Positions 26,326 through 38,360 of a stretch of 64,000 nt of DNA are shown one piece after another. The DNA comes from Podarcis liolepis (taxonomy: Eukaryota): the NCBI GenBank assembly GCA_965112155.1, contig OZ218105.1. The stretch is one strand, 5' to 3'. The translations under genes were made by a program, and so were the position numbers. The notes beneath the pieces are model-generated. The model worked only from the letters and a program-made list of their open reading frames with translations. It was not told where the DNA came from and made no database searches. The first letter of the stretch is position 1. Each line of letters begins with the position of its first letter.

Positions 26326-29116
26326 TTACTTCACCGCATTCACAAATATTTCATAGAAACTGTTTTTAGAGAAATGGGAACATGGAATTTAGATGTACTG
26401 TGGAAGCTTCTCCTGTTTCTCTGGTGTTATGTTCTGTGCTACAATGCCCAACCTCAGCTCTTGATCATGACTCATGTGTATGTTTGCAGCTAGGTTTTTG
26501 AATTTCATCATTACAGCCAGGTGGAGGAAGAAGAAAAAATGGTGGGACTACTGAACAGACCCATAGATATTCTATTAATACAACATATTAGTGCTAGAAA
26601 CTGCAGGCGCCTGATGTAATGTTTTGCTTTTGCAATGTCTGTGATGAGATGTCTATATGGGAATAGCTATACAGGAAGGTCATAGTTGGCTGCCTCTAGG
26701 AGATGAGACACTACAAATAAAGACCTCCCTATATACAGTAGCAAAGAGAAATGAGTTTTACAGATGTGACCAGCTTCAAATATCCAAAATGTGCCCCTGC
26801 TCCCAGCAGACCTAGACTATATGTTGGAAATATTTTCTCATGCTGTCTGGCAACTCTTAGTTACTGGGTCCACTACATGAAGAGGTAGAATTCTAATACA
26901 ATTTTAATAAAAATAATTATGTTAAAAAAGCTTGGATTTCAAACTTTTATCATTAAAAAAAAAATTAAAAGCTAATGGAGAATTCCTTAAGTTGGACTAA
27001 TATATACTCAATAACCAGCTGTCAAATTTGGATATTAAATAATTTTATGCATATTTTGTGCTATGACTGCTCAATTGAATACATTTCTACATAAGTCAAT
27101 GTCTGCATGTGCTCAGCAGCTTTGCTGGGTTATTTGACAGCAAGATGCTATTGTAACAATAGCTGCCAACTTTCAACACTCCAAAGATTAATGAGTCAGC
27201 TTTAATCTTTGAATATATGCAGTTCCATACAAAGCAGTATAAATTAAAATAATGGATACTTTGATGCTTTGTTTGAAGAAAATACAATATTGCCAATCAT
27301 ACTGTAAAATTATAGTGGCAATAAATAAAATAACTGTCCCAATCAATCTAACAATGAATAAAATATTTTTTTAGAAGTGATGTAATAAAACAAACTTTAG
27401 TATCACTCCTGGTCATTTGCTACATGTTATCACATGGTAGAGATCCACAGCCCATGTGGGCTGTGGGAGTTTATTGGAGTAGTTACCTTAGAAAAGTTTT
27501 TTTTCTGCTTCAGAATCTATAGGTAAAGAAAAATGGGCTAAATTCAGTTGTATGCATGAAGCCTTAAGCGGAGTCCTGAATTTGAAGTACCTGGGATCAA
27601 TATGCTCAGTTTTAAGTGTCATTAGAGAAAACATGGTTCTGGTTAATTATTGGTGCAGAAATTAAGAGTTCTACAAATATCACTGCAACTGGAAGTGTTC
27701 AAAGCCATTTTTACATATGGTTTGGGGAATATTAAAATCTATTCATTCAGCTTTTCTGCAATCTCTATTTTCCTCCTTTAGCACATCTTTGACTCCCTTT
27801 TGGTTTAAAGGTCCAAGCATCGTCCTAGCCAATTATAGGTTTTAGAATGTATTTTTATGTCATGTGTGAATTAGATTGTATTAATACAAGTATATGCTTT
27901 GATAGAAAGTGGTTTAAAATATTTTTAAAAATATGCTTATTTACTTTATTTCTATTCCATTGCTAACTCTGAGGAGTTTAGGACAAGAGGTATCTAGTTT
28001 TTCCCAGCTGGTCTACCATCCCACCCTTTCAAGGCTTGGGTGATTACATATTAATTACAACAGACCATTCTTGCCCAGACCATATTGTTCCTGCTCCTAG
28101 AGAAGCAATTTACAACAATCCTACTTTTATCACTAAAGGCCAAATTATGAGTAGTCATTGGGGAAATGCAACTATTAAAGTTCCTAGAGCATGATCTCTG
28201 TCTTTTTTTAACAGTAGTATGTTTTTTTGGCGAAGATGGCTACTTCCTTTTCCAAAATCTGTTGCATCTTTAAAATCTTGAAAAGCTGAGAAATAATTTA
28301 GATCACTACAAGCATTTTCAACTCTTTTCATACAACAATGCTAACTCGTTCAGTGACTTCTTCAGAAAAAAGAGAGGTACATACATATAGTCAACAGCAC
28401 TATCTGCTGTTGACTAGTCAACAGATCTGCTCAGAATTCTCATTGTTAATAGTGCATACTTCCAGACAGGAAAGTAGCCTAAAATAATTATGTCAGACAT
28501 TCCATAAAAGGACAATCAGTACAATTTTCGGTAAATAGTCTGTTCACAGTTCTCAATAATTGAATTGCTCATTTCACGTTGCCTGCTGTAAATATTTCTT
28601 AGATAAGAACAGGATTCTGTTTGTTACAGCCAATGGAAAACACTTTCAAAAAGACTTCTACTGTTGTCAAAATAATTCATGCCATTATGGAAAAGGATTC
28701 TGAACTAGAGCCATAAATTGTAATAATTTGCTAAAGTTAATTCCTTGGATTAACACACAAAAGCCATCCTATCCCATACACAGTAAATATAAAAGCAACT
28801 TTAGAGAGTATTATCCTGTTATATTATTGCAGCTTGCAGGGGTTTTTTTGCACTCAGTGTCAACTATCCTGAAAAGAAACATTGAAGATTTCAATGAAAT
28901 ACATTCCAAAAAATCTATATATAGTTATTCAGGCGTAACTTGAAATAGATTAGAAGCCCACTGGATAAACCACATCAAAGCAACTGTTGGCACAGACAAA
29001 TTCTGAAGATACAGAAGGATTATTTTCTTTTCTACCTTAATTGTGATGTTGCAGGTTAACTGCTGAAAACCAGGGTGGCAGGAGCTTTTTATTTCTTTAT
29101 TATGCATTAGACTTAC

Positions 29117-29262
29117 TTTTCTTTAAGGAAATCCACTACCCTTTTGAAGTCCGCCACACAGTATTCCCTCTTCATGTCCATGAGTACGCTATCAGAGGCA
29201 CTTTGAACTGGTACATGAAGAAATGCATAGACTCTTGGATGGTTGAGAATTTTTGCCATTTC
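29117..29262 (-). CDS. CDKAL1: CDKAL1 internal coding exon, 146 bp (equivalent to human exon 11): [48 protein letters not shown](K)
   Basis: Not in the ORF track; read manually from the reverse complement. Contains the methylthiotransferase motif LHxPVQSxSDxVL. Acceptor ttctag|GAA; donor AA|gtaagt. In frame with the neighbouring exons. Confidence 0.97.
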
Positions 29263-31303
29263 CTAGAAGATTAAAAATGAAAACAATAACATTTTTACCA
29301 CATCCCGATAGGCACAGCATTGCCTCCATTCATCACCAGCATGCAGAATGTAATATTAACCAGCATTACAACACACATTCATGAGATGATGCACTGGAGT
29401 ACTCAACATTTTATTTATGATGAAATCACATGCACCTGCAATGGATCACCGATGAATACGTGAAACAAATTTACTGAAAAGCATCATGTCTGAGGTGGAG
29501 TAAAGGAATATGGAAGTTTTTAGGTGCTTCATTGTAAAGGCCCATCCCCCCCCCCAAGTCAACACTTGATAACACAGCCATTAAGTATACACATGTGTGA
29601 ACTAGCCCTCCTCCAATTCTGTTACCTCTTCTGTTTTCACAATTTCCTGCTGGCAATTTCCCCTTACCAAAATTGAGGCCTAGGTAAAGAACATGAATAT
29701 CTTTTCATTTTACTGGAGCCATAATTTGACTTGCTGTCTGCTGATATGAGGTTAGATTTGTCCTGGGATTTTTGTAAAATACAAAATAAAAATCCCAGTT
29801 TCAAACTTGTACTAAATTGGGTGGTTTAATTTAAATGTTTTTACTACTCAGTTATTTTTCCTGATGCCTAGAAATAGTCTCCTTTCTACCTCCTTAGTCT
29901 TTCTTGTACTTCTATAAATTATACTGCAAGACAGCAGATAACACCTCAAAATTTCAGTGCTTCTGTAAGTCCATAAGCCAACTGAGGCAAGGTCCAAGCA
30001 CGCATTATTTGCTTATTTGCATTTCTTCTCCACCTCATAACATAACTTGTTTTGAATGACATATATCATGACCAGGACCCTCACAACTATTTTTACGTAC
30101 ACAAGAGGCCTTTGAACTTGCATTTCTCAGGCAGCAGATGGGTTATATCATGACAAACCATTTGAGGGAACTTTCCAAATCACTGGGCAAAACCCAAGCC
30201 CTCAGAAGTTGCTAACACAGCACTGGAGGCTAACCAGCAAATGGAAAGTTGAAACATATAAGGACTTATGAGCACAGCCAACTGGGAGATTCTTCCTGTA
30301 TCTAGTATGTTCCATTCAATACAATACAAGGTGTTAACAAATGAAGCCACAGAAGATGGTTTAGGACACAGAGAGTTACAGCCAACCAGTTCACTGTGTG
30401 AGCAGAACAGCTTCCATGAGTGTGGTGAAAGTTCTCTCCCTCTCACCTATATCCTACATCGTAAAATTAGTCCTAGCTTTATTACAATAAGCAGGTTATA
30501 AAACCTGGCACAGAACGAACATCTAAAGCTGGGGGTTCCCAATTTTATTTTTATTGGTCTTTTCAGAGGCTGGAGGTGTCAAGTGAACCTCCACACACAA
30601 ATATTGTAGTATTATTTTACTATATGACTTGCTAGGATTGATACATCATAAAAAACCTTGCTGTAGAAAGTTTAACTGCTCTAAAAAAATTAATCCGGAA
30701 AAATAACTCTTCTTCCTCCTTCCATGTAATCTCATTTGTATTTACATCACCACGTTAGATGCATTCTAAAGTCGAACAAAAGTACTATCTTGTTCTTACA
30801 CAATTTAATTTAATGTAAAAAGCCAAAAAAGCTACAGATATCAACACGTTTCAGCATAATTTTATGATGTTTTCTGGGATATGTTCTTATTAAGCTACTT
30901 TTTTCCCTCATTCTCTCATTTAAAAATTATATACAAAATATGCATTCAAAAAACAAAAACAAAACCCTGATACTAATGAATCAAATTGCATTACTGCAGA
31001 TTATTCAGATGATGTCGTAAAGCAGAAAAATGTGTCAGGTCATCTGTCAAGGAACACAAAAGATTTTATGCATTCAAGTCAAATGACAGATTTGTAATAG
31101 CAGAGGTGGTGGCTGATAGGACTTTAATTAGCCATCAGAATATAAATACCTCATATACTGATATCTCATTTGGTTATTAATGAATATACAAATATTAAAA
31201 GAAAAACTGTCGACAGTTAATTATGCAAGGTATACATTTGCTCTGTGTTAATAGCATTATCTTTTGGCCCTGGTGTCCTGAGCCAATAGCAATTATAAAG
31301 ATA

Positions 31304-31381
31304 TGCTGCTGCTGCTGCTTCCTTTTCTTCTTCTTCTTCTTCTTCTTCTTCTTCTTCTTCTTCTTCTTCTTCTTCTTCTTC
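31304..31381. repeat. Compound microsatellite (TGC)5 followed by (TTC)19
   Basis: Read directly; source of the poly-E and poly-F pseudo-ORFs. Confidence 0.95.
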
Positions 31382-31900
31382 GCAAAAGTAGATAATTTTA
31401 TTCTTTGTAAAACTGTGTTTTTCAGTAATACTTACATTTGCTACCAAAAATCTACAGACTCAATTAATGTTGATCATCCTCCTGCTGCTAATCCATGAAC
31501 AAAATTAGCCTTAGCTCCAAAGACTTGCCACAGGCAGATGGCATTTATAAGTGACTGACAGAGGACTTGACACCGAGCACAAGATTTACGAGTGGAAAAG
31601 TCTGCATTCAAATATCCCCCCCCCCCACTATCTCTCATGGAATAATAGGAATTAAAGAGAACATTTGTGATGGATTTTAATTGCTGTAGGCTGCTTTGGG
31701 ATCCAATTTTAGTTGAAAAGAAAGAAATGCTAGGGCTGAATCAGGGTTGCATAAGTGGGACTCTACTCATCAGCAGGGCTTTTCTGGCCCCTCTTCTCTC
31801 ACAATCAACTACACACTCACAAAGCTGTACCAGAGCACTGAGGAACTCTCTTGAATGGCATGGGATGTGGTACTCTGCTTGTGCAAACTGCCTAAGCCCT

Positions 31901-32049
31901 ACTGGTACAGTTCAGCTAGTAGAGCATGAGACTCATAAACTCAGGGACGTGGGTTCAAGACCCACGCTGGGCAAAAGACTCCTGCATTGCACAAGGTTGG
32001 ACTAGATGACACTCGTGGTCCCTTCCAACTCTACAGTTCTATGGTTCTA
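31901..32049 (+). mobile_element. Short SINE with a tRNA-Lys(CTT)-derived head and a CR1-type 3' tail
   Basis: 31901-31972 aligns with vertebrate tRNA-Lys-CTT (tagagcatgagactc..aa..ctcaggg.cgtgggttc..cccacg.tgggc). It is followed by ggttggactagatgac..ggtcccttccaactct..ttctatggttcta, a CR1 3' end. Confidence 0.85.
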
Positions 32050-35000
32050 CTGCTGTTCATCCCCCCCCCCACCAGTACCACATCTCACATTGGGCTGGAG
32101 GGTTCCCTAACTCTCAGGGGTTGCTGGGAACTGCAACAGGGAAGAGGGGATAGGACCCCACCCCCTGTCCGCTGTACAAGCAAAATTCTGCTCATGCAAA
32201 ACCTGAATCTGTACCATGCTAAACCATTGTATGATAAAAACAACCACCTTGCAATCTAAGAAGAGAGTTCAAAAAACCTTCAAATTCACTTCTGCTCCAA
32301 AAGGCATGGGAATTGTAAATTAAAGCACCACCCTTAACTTGCCCACCATGAAAGCAGTAAAGAGGCTGACAGTCTTAGATATGTGTTCGCTTACAACTAA
32401 GCCGCCATGCATACACGCTATGCCTTGATCTTTCAGCAACAGTAAAGATGGCACTGCATAAAAATTTAATAAGAATTTTCTTACATACTGAAATTCCCAT
32501 TGGAAAGAACAGATGCAACAGCAACCTCCATTTGGAAAGAAATCCTATTGCTGGTCACAGATCAAATGAAGCGACTCTGGGAGAATACAGAGGAGCAGCA
32601 TCTTTGGGACTGGCAGGGGTGCAAGATGGTGTGGAAAGGGGAAGGCACCACAGAGAATGGGGGTGGTGGGTGAATGACAGGAGAATATAGGGACTGGGTA
32701 CAATGGCCAAGAAATAGGTGGAATGATAGGACTATGGCCCCATCCATCAGTCGGTAAAAGAGAACCTGCTCTGCTGTTGGCTTCCTTTTTCCCTCCCCAC
32801 TCCCTTTTCCTTTAGTATTGCGTTTGTTAAAATGTGAGGCTCCATCAAGGCCTGCCTCTCTGCATGTAGGAAAGTAGCATGTGTCAGGTAAGATTTCAGC
32901 TCTACTGTCATGTGAATTATCCAGGGGAAGCAAGGTTTGTTTTTTTTATGAAGGAGAATTCAAGCATGGAGTTCCCCCACTTGGTACTGTCTAGAAAGGG
33001 CTGTGTTTTGGGGTATTTCCAAACATGGTAGCTTCATGAACATGGCTAAGATGAAGATCAGGAAAGACTACAGGGCTTGCTAAACCACACTAAGGAATGG
33101 TTAACTGATAGCACAGAAATAATACAATTGTGATGAAATCAACTCAACACATTTCTCAAAGGTGGCAAATTCTGTTAACACAGTGAAATATATTTCTATC
33201 ACTCGTTAAATACATTTCACATCGTCTAAACAACTTCACAGTGTGGAATATTGAAGTATTCATTGTGTTATAAGAAGAGAGAGAGAGAGAGGAGGAAATT
33301 AGTGGTTGTACAACAATACGTTTTTAAGTGCTGTGTCAGAGCATGTCTGGAGAAGTGAAAGAGCAAAGAAATGCTATTGTAACTTGCTGTACCATTGGCA
33401 TTTTGTGGGCATTCAAATGAAGGGGGGGGGGAGCACCACACAGGACTCGACTCTACGGCTGGTGTATCACTGAAACATCCTGAATTAATAATGATGATAA
33501 AATCCACAGATGGCATATGGTGGGGTTCGAACTAGACTCAGTCTGACAGGTAACATGGAAGGCTATGCATCTCATCTCATCTTGTGAAATTAAGCATTTA
33601 AATGGCACTAGCAGATGTGAGCGGCCTTTAAATTTACCTATATACCTTCACACTCAAACACAAGGTGCAGTACAGACAGGAACATTGTGAAAATGTTTAA
33701 AAAGGCTCATGTCAACTGATTTCTGAAGCAACAGCAAAGCAAGCAGCATTTAGAGCCAGATTTATCAACGGCATAATTTCACTGCTTTAGTTTACTTGCT
33801 ACTTACACTGACAAACAGGGGCCTTAGAAGTGTTTGCCACACAAGCATACATACAGCAGAATATCCAAAATTTCAACTCAGGAAAAAAAAAACCATAGAA
33901 GAAACTCATATACAAGCCCAGTGCTCAAATTCTGGCACTCTTTGGCTCACTAATTCTGATCCTGACAATGTAGCCTCTATATAATGAAGGGAGACAATCT
34001 CCACATGGTCTCTCCCACAGCTCAGTGGAAAGAGCCCTCTGATCTGCAAATTAGTGGAGATGATTTCTCTGTAACTACTCTCATCTCTCCGCTGGAAAAA
34101 CCCTCCTCCAGCTCCTGATGGAGATGATGTCACTGCAGTGCTCCAGAAGAACTTATTATACTGCTCATCAAGTCAGAAAGCTGCAGACAATCAAGGTGGA
34201 AGGCAAAAGCAACACAGTGGATACCAATTTATTTATTTTTAAGTTGTCACTTTAGTTTTTCTAAACGTTGCTTCTCTGTCCATTCTCCATTGCTGGTTCT
34301 AATAGCCTTGGCTTTCACCAATGTTGGCCATCGATGCGATCTCTCAAAATCATTTCTAAGAACAAATGAAGTGCACCAGCTGTTCTTGAATGATTGTGAG
34401 TGGCAAGTATTGGTGTGAAGCAACAGGAAACGATGGAGATGCATGTTAACAAGAGCTGTGGAAGCATTCTTACCAAGGAAGTTGCAGGCAACTTTTAGAG
34501 AACAAAGCTTTTATTTAGTAGGCCCAAGAAATTTAGGTTCTAGCCCTGTCTTCAAGTACCGTATTGTCCATTAACTGACCTGGATGAATTGTAAGGCCAT
34601 GAAAACCATGCTGACTTTTCTTCAGTTCATAAAACTAAATCATGCTAAAAAGAACAAATTTAAAATACTCCATATTGTGGCTATACAATAGGAATAAGCT
34701 GCCTACTGTATCCTGCAATCTGAGCTAAGCTTTGCCTTGAGGATTTCTTGCAAGACCTTAGGCTGAGCTATTTAACAGCTCAGATATAGGAAAGCTCATC
34801 TTCAATACTTCGCAAAGAATTCGAGGTCTTGAAAAGCATTTTGCTTTGATGTAACACCTCAGGTTCTGCAGGGCTTACTTTGTTCTAAAGGGGCTTCTCT
34901 GGTAAAATCAAAGTGCTCTAAATCACGTTTTCTGAACTTTGTAAACGTGCTCAGCCTTATGTAAATGAATTAGCAAAATGCTATGCAAACTGAACACTAA

Positions 35001-35487
35001 CTCAGTAAAAGCTCAAGCTATGCAGACTACAGGTTCTCTTTGATACAACAAACTCAGTTCCTGGTAGCTTTAATTCCGAAGAAAACTGTTTTGGGCAATT
35101 CCAGGCAGATGACCTGTTCTGAGCAAGTTTGTCTCCATACTAGAGTTCAAAGCAAAATAGAGTGAGCTAAACTTTAAAAATGCAGGGAGTTTCCTATTCA
35201 AATTCCTCATTGGCAAGAACTGAAGAACGTAGTGACATTATCTCTCTGTGTGCTGTCGGAAGCAAACTGTGAAATCCAATATTTACCCCCAGAAGTACAG
35301 TGTCATCTAGAAGTAGATGACCTTAAAGAAGTAGATGAATTTAAAATATACATGACAAAGAAGTAAGATCCTGTTCACGTGTTGCTTTCCAGAAAGGAAA
35401 CTTGACACATGATGGATACAATCTTATGTTTTTACCACTATGAGGACAAAACAAAAACTAAACCAGGCTGTATAGGGGAGGCTTTTA

Positions 35488-35728
35488 CAGTCAAACCTCA
35501 GCTGTCAAACGTAATCTGTTCCGGAAGCCCCCTTGGCTTCCGAAACATTCGGCAACCAAGGCATGGCTTCTGATTGGTTGCAAGAGCTTCTTGCACCCAA
35601 GTGGAAGCCATGTTGGATGTTTGGCTTCCAAAAAACGTTCAAAAACCAGAGCATTTACTTCGGTGTTTTCGGTGTTCGGGAGCCAAAATGTTCGAAAACG
35701 GAGCCGTTCGACAACCAAGCTTTGACTG
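35488..35728. mobile_element. Tigger/pogo-like MITE
   Basis: Ends read TA|cagtcaaacctc ... caagctttgactg|TA. Internal ttcgga/ccgaa repeats and CpG retention above background. Confidence 0.8.
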
Positions 35729-37236
35729 TATCACGATGTACTGCATTAACACAAATACCATACATCCCACTTCTAGTTTACATTTTCCTCGTGGAAAGGG
35801 GTGGGCACATGCTTGTGACACAGGATGGGTTTTCTCTGAAGAAAACCATTATTGAAGTTGCCCTTAACCCACTTGCGACACAAAATTCTGTGAAAGTATG
35901 AGCTCCTTTGACAATGTTATTTCATAAAAACATACTAGTGTACAAATTCTGTTCATAATCTGATAGGTAAAAGAATTCTAAAATGATTTTGAGATAATCA
36001 TCTATGAAGGCAAACTGTTATAACTTCTATAACTGCTATTAGTTATTTTGGACCCTATCATCACAGCATGCAATTAATGTCAAGAATTCACTCCATTGCT
36101 TTATATATTTATCATCACCCAGGTACCTCTTTCTTATCACCACTACTTGAAACAAAAGCAAAGGTTGTTCTGGTTAAGAATGACGATTTCAGAAGTAATC
36201 ACCACCCCTCCAACTCGCCCTCCCTCTAAACCTGTACACAATGCACACCACTGAGGAATTTATAATTTCAACTGGCCCTAAAGGCCAGATGGGAAAGGCA
36301 TCTGTGATCACTAGCTCAACTTTGAAGCACTACTCCCCAGACTGGAAGAAAATACACAGACTAAATCACATGGCAGTAAAAAACAACAACCCCAAAATGA
36401 TGTGGTAGAATTATCAAAAATATTTGGAAGCTTTTACACAAATTCACTGATCAAACCTGCAAAAAAGCCTCTTAAACCTTTAAAAAATATTGCTTGAGAT
36501 CTAAAGGTTCAATAACAAAGGGCTAAAGTCCACATATGGTGCTGCTACTGTATGACACAGAATTAAATTATGCTAACTAATTCTGATAAGCACCTCCAAG
36601 CATCTCACACCCCCACAAAAACCCTTAGTAATTATTTTTTTGTTGGGGGGGGAGAGTTAAAAATAGCATAGATAAAAGAAAAAGCAAAATATTCTAAGGT
36701 ATGTTCTTGCTTATGATAACTCATACAAAGTCAACATTAACGCTGGTTATTACATGTCTTTTAAATCCCAATGAATAGTTCACAATAACTGTAGACTATT
36801 CAGATCTTAACCAAGGAATCTAATCCTGGATGCTTAGGTCTAATTCTTTAAAAAAACATATGGGAGAGATAGCTTTGATCTGCTTGTACACAGCAAGAAT
36901 GCTACCTCTGCAAAGCAAGGAGTGTGTGAGTCAAAGTTTGATTACGAAATGTATTTTATATTTCATGTAGTATATATTGCTTGATAATTTGCTGGTGAAC
37001 AACTACTTCCATAGGGGTCCACATTTAAAAGATGAACATTTGAAGTTTAATTTCTGTGCATTTACACTAGACAAATTGACTCCTGATGTTATCCTGCCTT
37101 GGGTTTAATGAAGTAAATTTAGTCATGACATAATCCCAGTTTTCGCTACAGATAATACTTGTCGCCGTAAGACTTTATTTCACACGGTGCAAAATCAGCT
37201 TGTTCAGTCACCAGTGATTCCCCTTTTGAAAGTTAC

Positions 37237-37403
37237 CTCCAGATGCTCTAAAATATAGGGAGGGTTCGTCATGCCAAGTCTTAGCATTGCTCCTTCAGGG
37301 ATTACTTCAACCAGCTTCCATAGGAGAGTAGGGAGGTCTGTGCCAATGTCTCTTCCGTAAGCCCCTGTGTCTTCACTGGTCAGCCATATCTCGCATACCC
37401 CTT
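37237..37403 (-). CDS. CDKAL1: CDKAL1 internal coding exon, 167 bp (equivalent to human exon 10): (E)[55 protein letters not shown]
   Basis: The translation is nearly identical to the recalled vertebrate CDKAL1 radical-SAM domain. Acceptor ttgacag|AA (plus-strand ct at 37404-37405); donor GAG|gtaact. Enters in phase 1 and exits in phase 0. Confidence 0.97.
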
Positions 37404-38101
37404 CTGTCAATAAGAGAAAGAGCAAGATAATTAACAAATCTGCTTTTGAGCTTGTTATTTGATCATACAGCTGCTCACTCTTTTTAGTGCACTATTTCAT
37501 AAACTAAACAATTATGCCGCCAGTCTGGTCATTCAATTGCAAAGAAAGAGAGGTATATCCCTTGGGTAGTAGTGGATTACTGAGTTCATTTTATGAGCAT
37601 CAGAGTGCTACAACAATGCTGTAAATTATTGCTTTGGAGTGATTAACATTCACAGCCAGTGACTAATGTGAGACGCCTTTTTAATGCAACTCAGACAGGA
37701 ATAAGATTGCACTTCCATCACTAAGACTTTCTGGCTTATTAAACCATGAGCAAGTACTATATAGTGCTGGTCAAACTGCTAACAGTTAGCTGACTTACTG
37801 CCTAGTTAACAGCCTGTAAAAGGCAAAGTAGCTAAGTCTCAAACAGGCCAAACTGCTGACTATACTGATCATCCCTTATAGGGAAGCAACTGTTACAAAC
37901 CAAAACCTTTACATGGTATTTACAAGGCTATATTAAACTTGACTACTTTAAAAACAACAACAACCAGTCAGTATGATATGGAGAAATATTCACCTCAAGA
38001 AAATGCTTCTTCAAGCAGCTCATGTATGACTGAGGTTGCAGGAAATCATATTATTTTACTTGCAGCTTAAAAGAATATGATTCTTGAACATAAGTTATTT
38101 A

Positions 38102-38360
38102 CTGTATTTTTTGCTCTATAAGACTCACTTTTTCCCTCCTAAAGAGTAAGGGGGGATGTGTGTGCATCTTATGGAGTGAATGCAGGCTGCGTAGCTATCT
38201 CAGAAGCCAGAACAGCAAGAGGGATTGCTGCTTTCACTGCGCAGCGATCCCTCTTGCTGTTCTGGCTTCTGAGATTCAGAATATTTCTTTTCTTGTTTTC
38301 CTCCTCCAAAAGCTAGGTGCGTCTTGTGGTCTGGTGCGTCTTATAGAGCGAAAAATACGG
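38102..38360. mobile_element. Non-autonomous Tc2-like MITE, 259 bp, related to 2349-2834
   Basis: Imperfect TIRs (ctgtattttttgctctataagac / gtcttatagagcgaaaaatacgg) with TA on both sides. Subterminal sequence is homologous to the 2349-2834 element. Confidence 0.85.

Noticed and set aside
31217-31498. Poly-Glu and poly-Phe ORFs
   Set aside because: These are translations of the (TTC)n microsatellite.
31901-31972. Functional tRNA-Lys gene
   Set aside because: The acceptor stem, D-arm and anticodon are mutated, and the sequence continues into a CR1-type tail, so it is a SINE.
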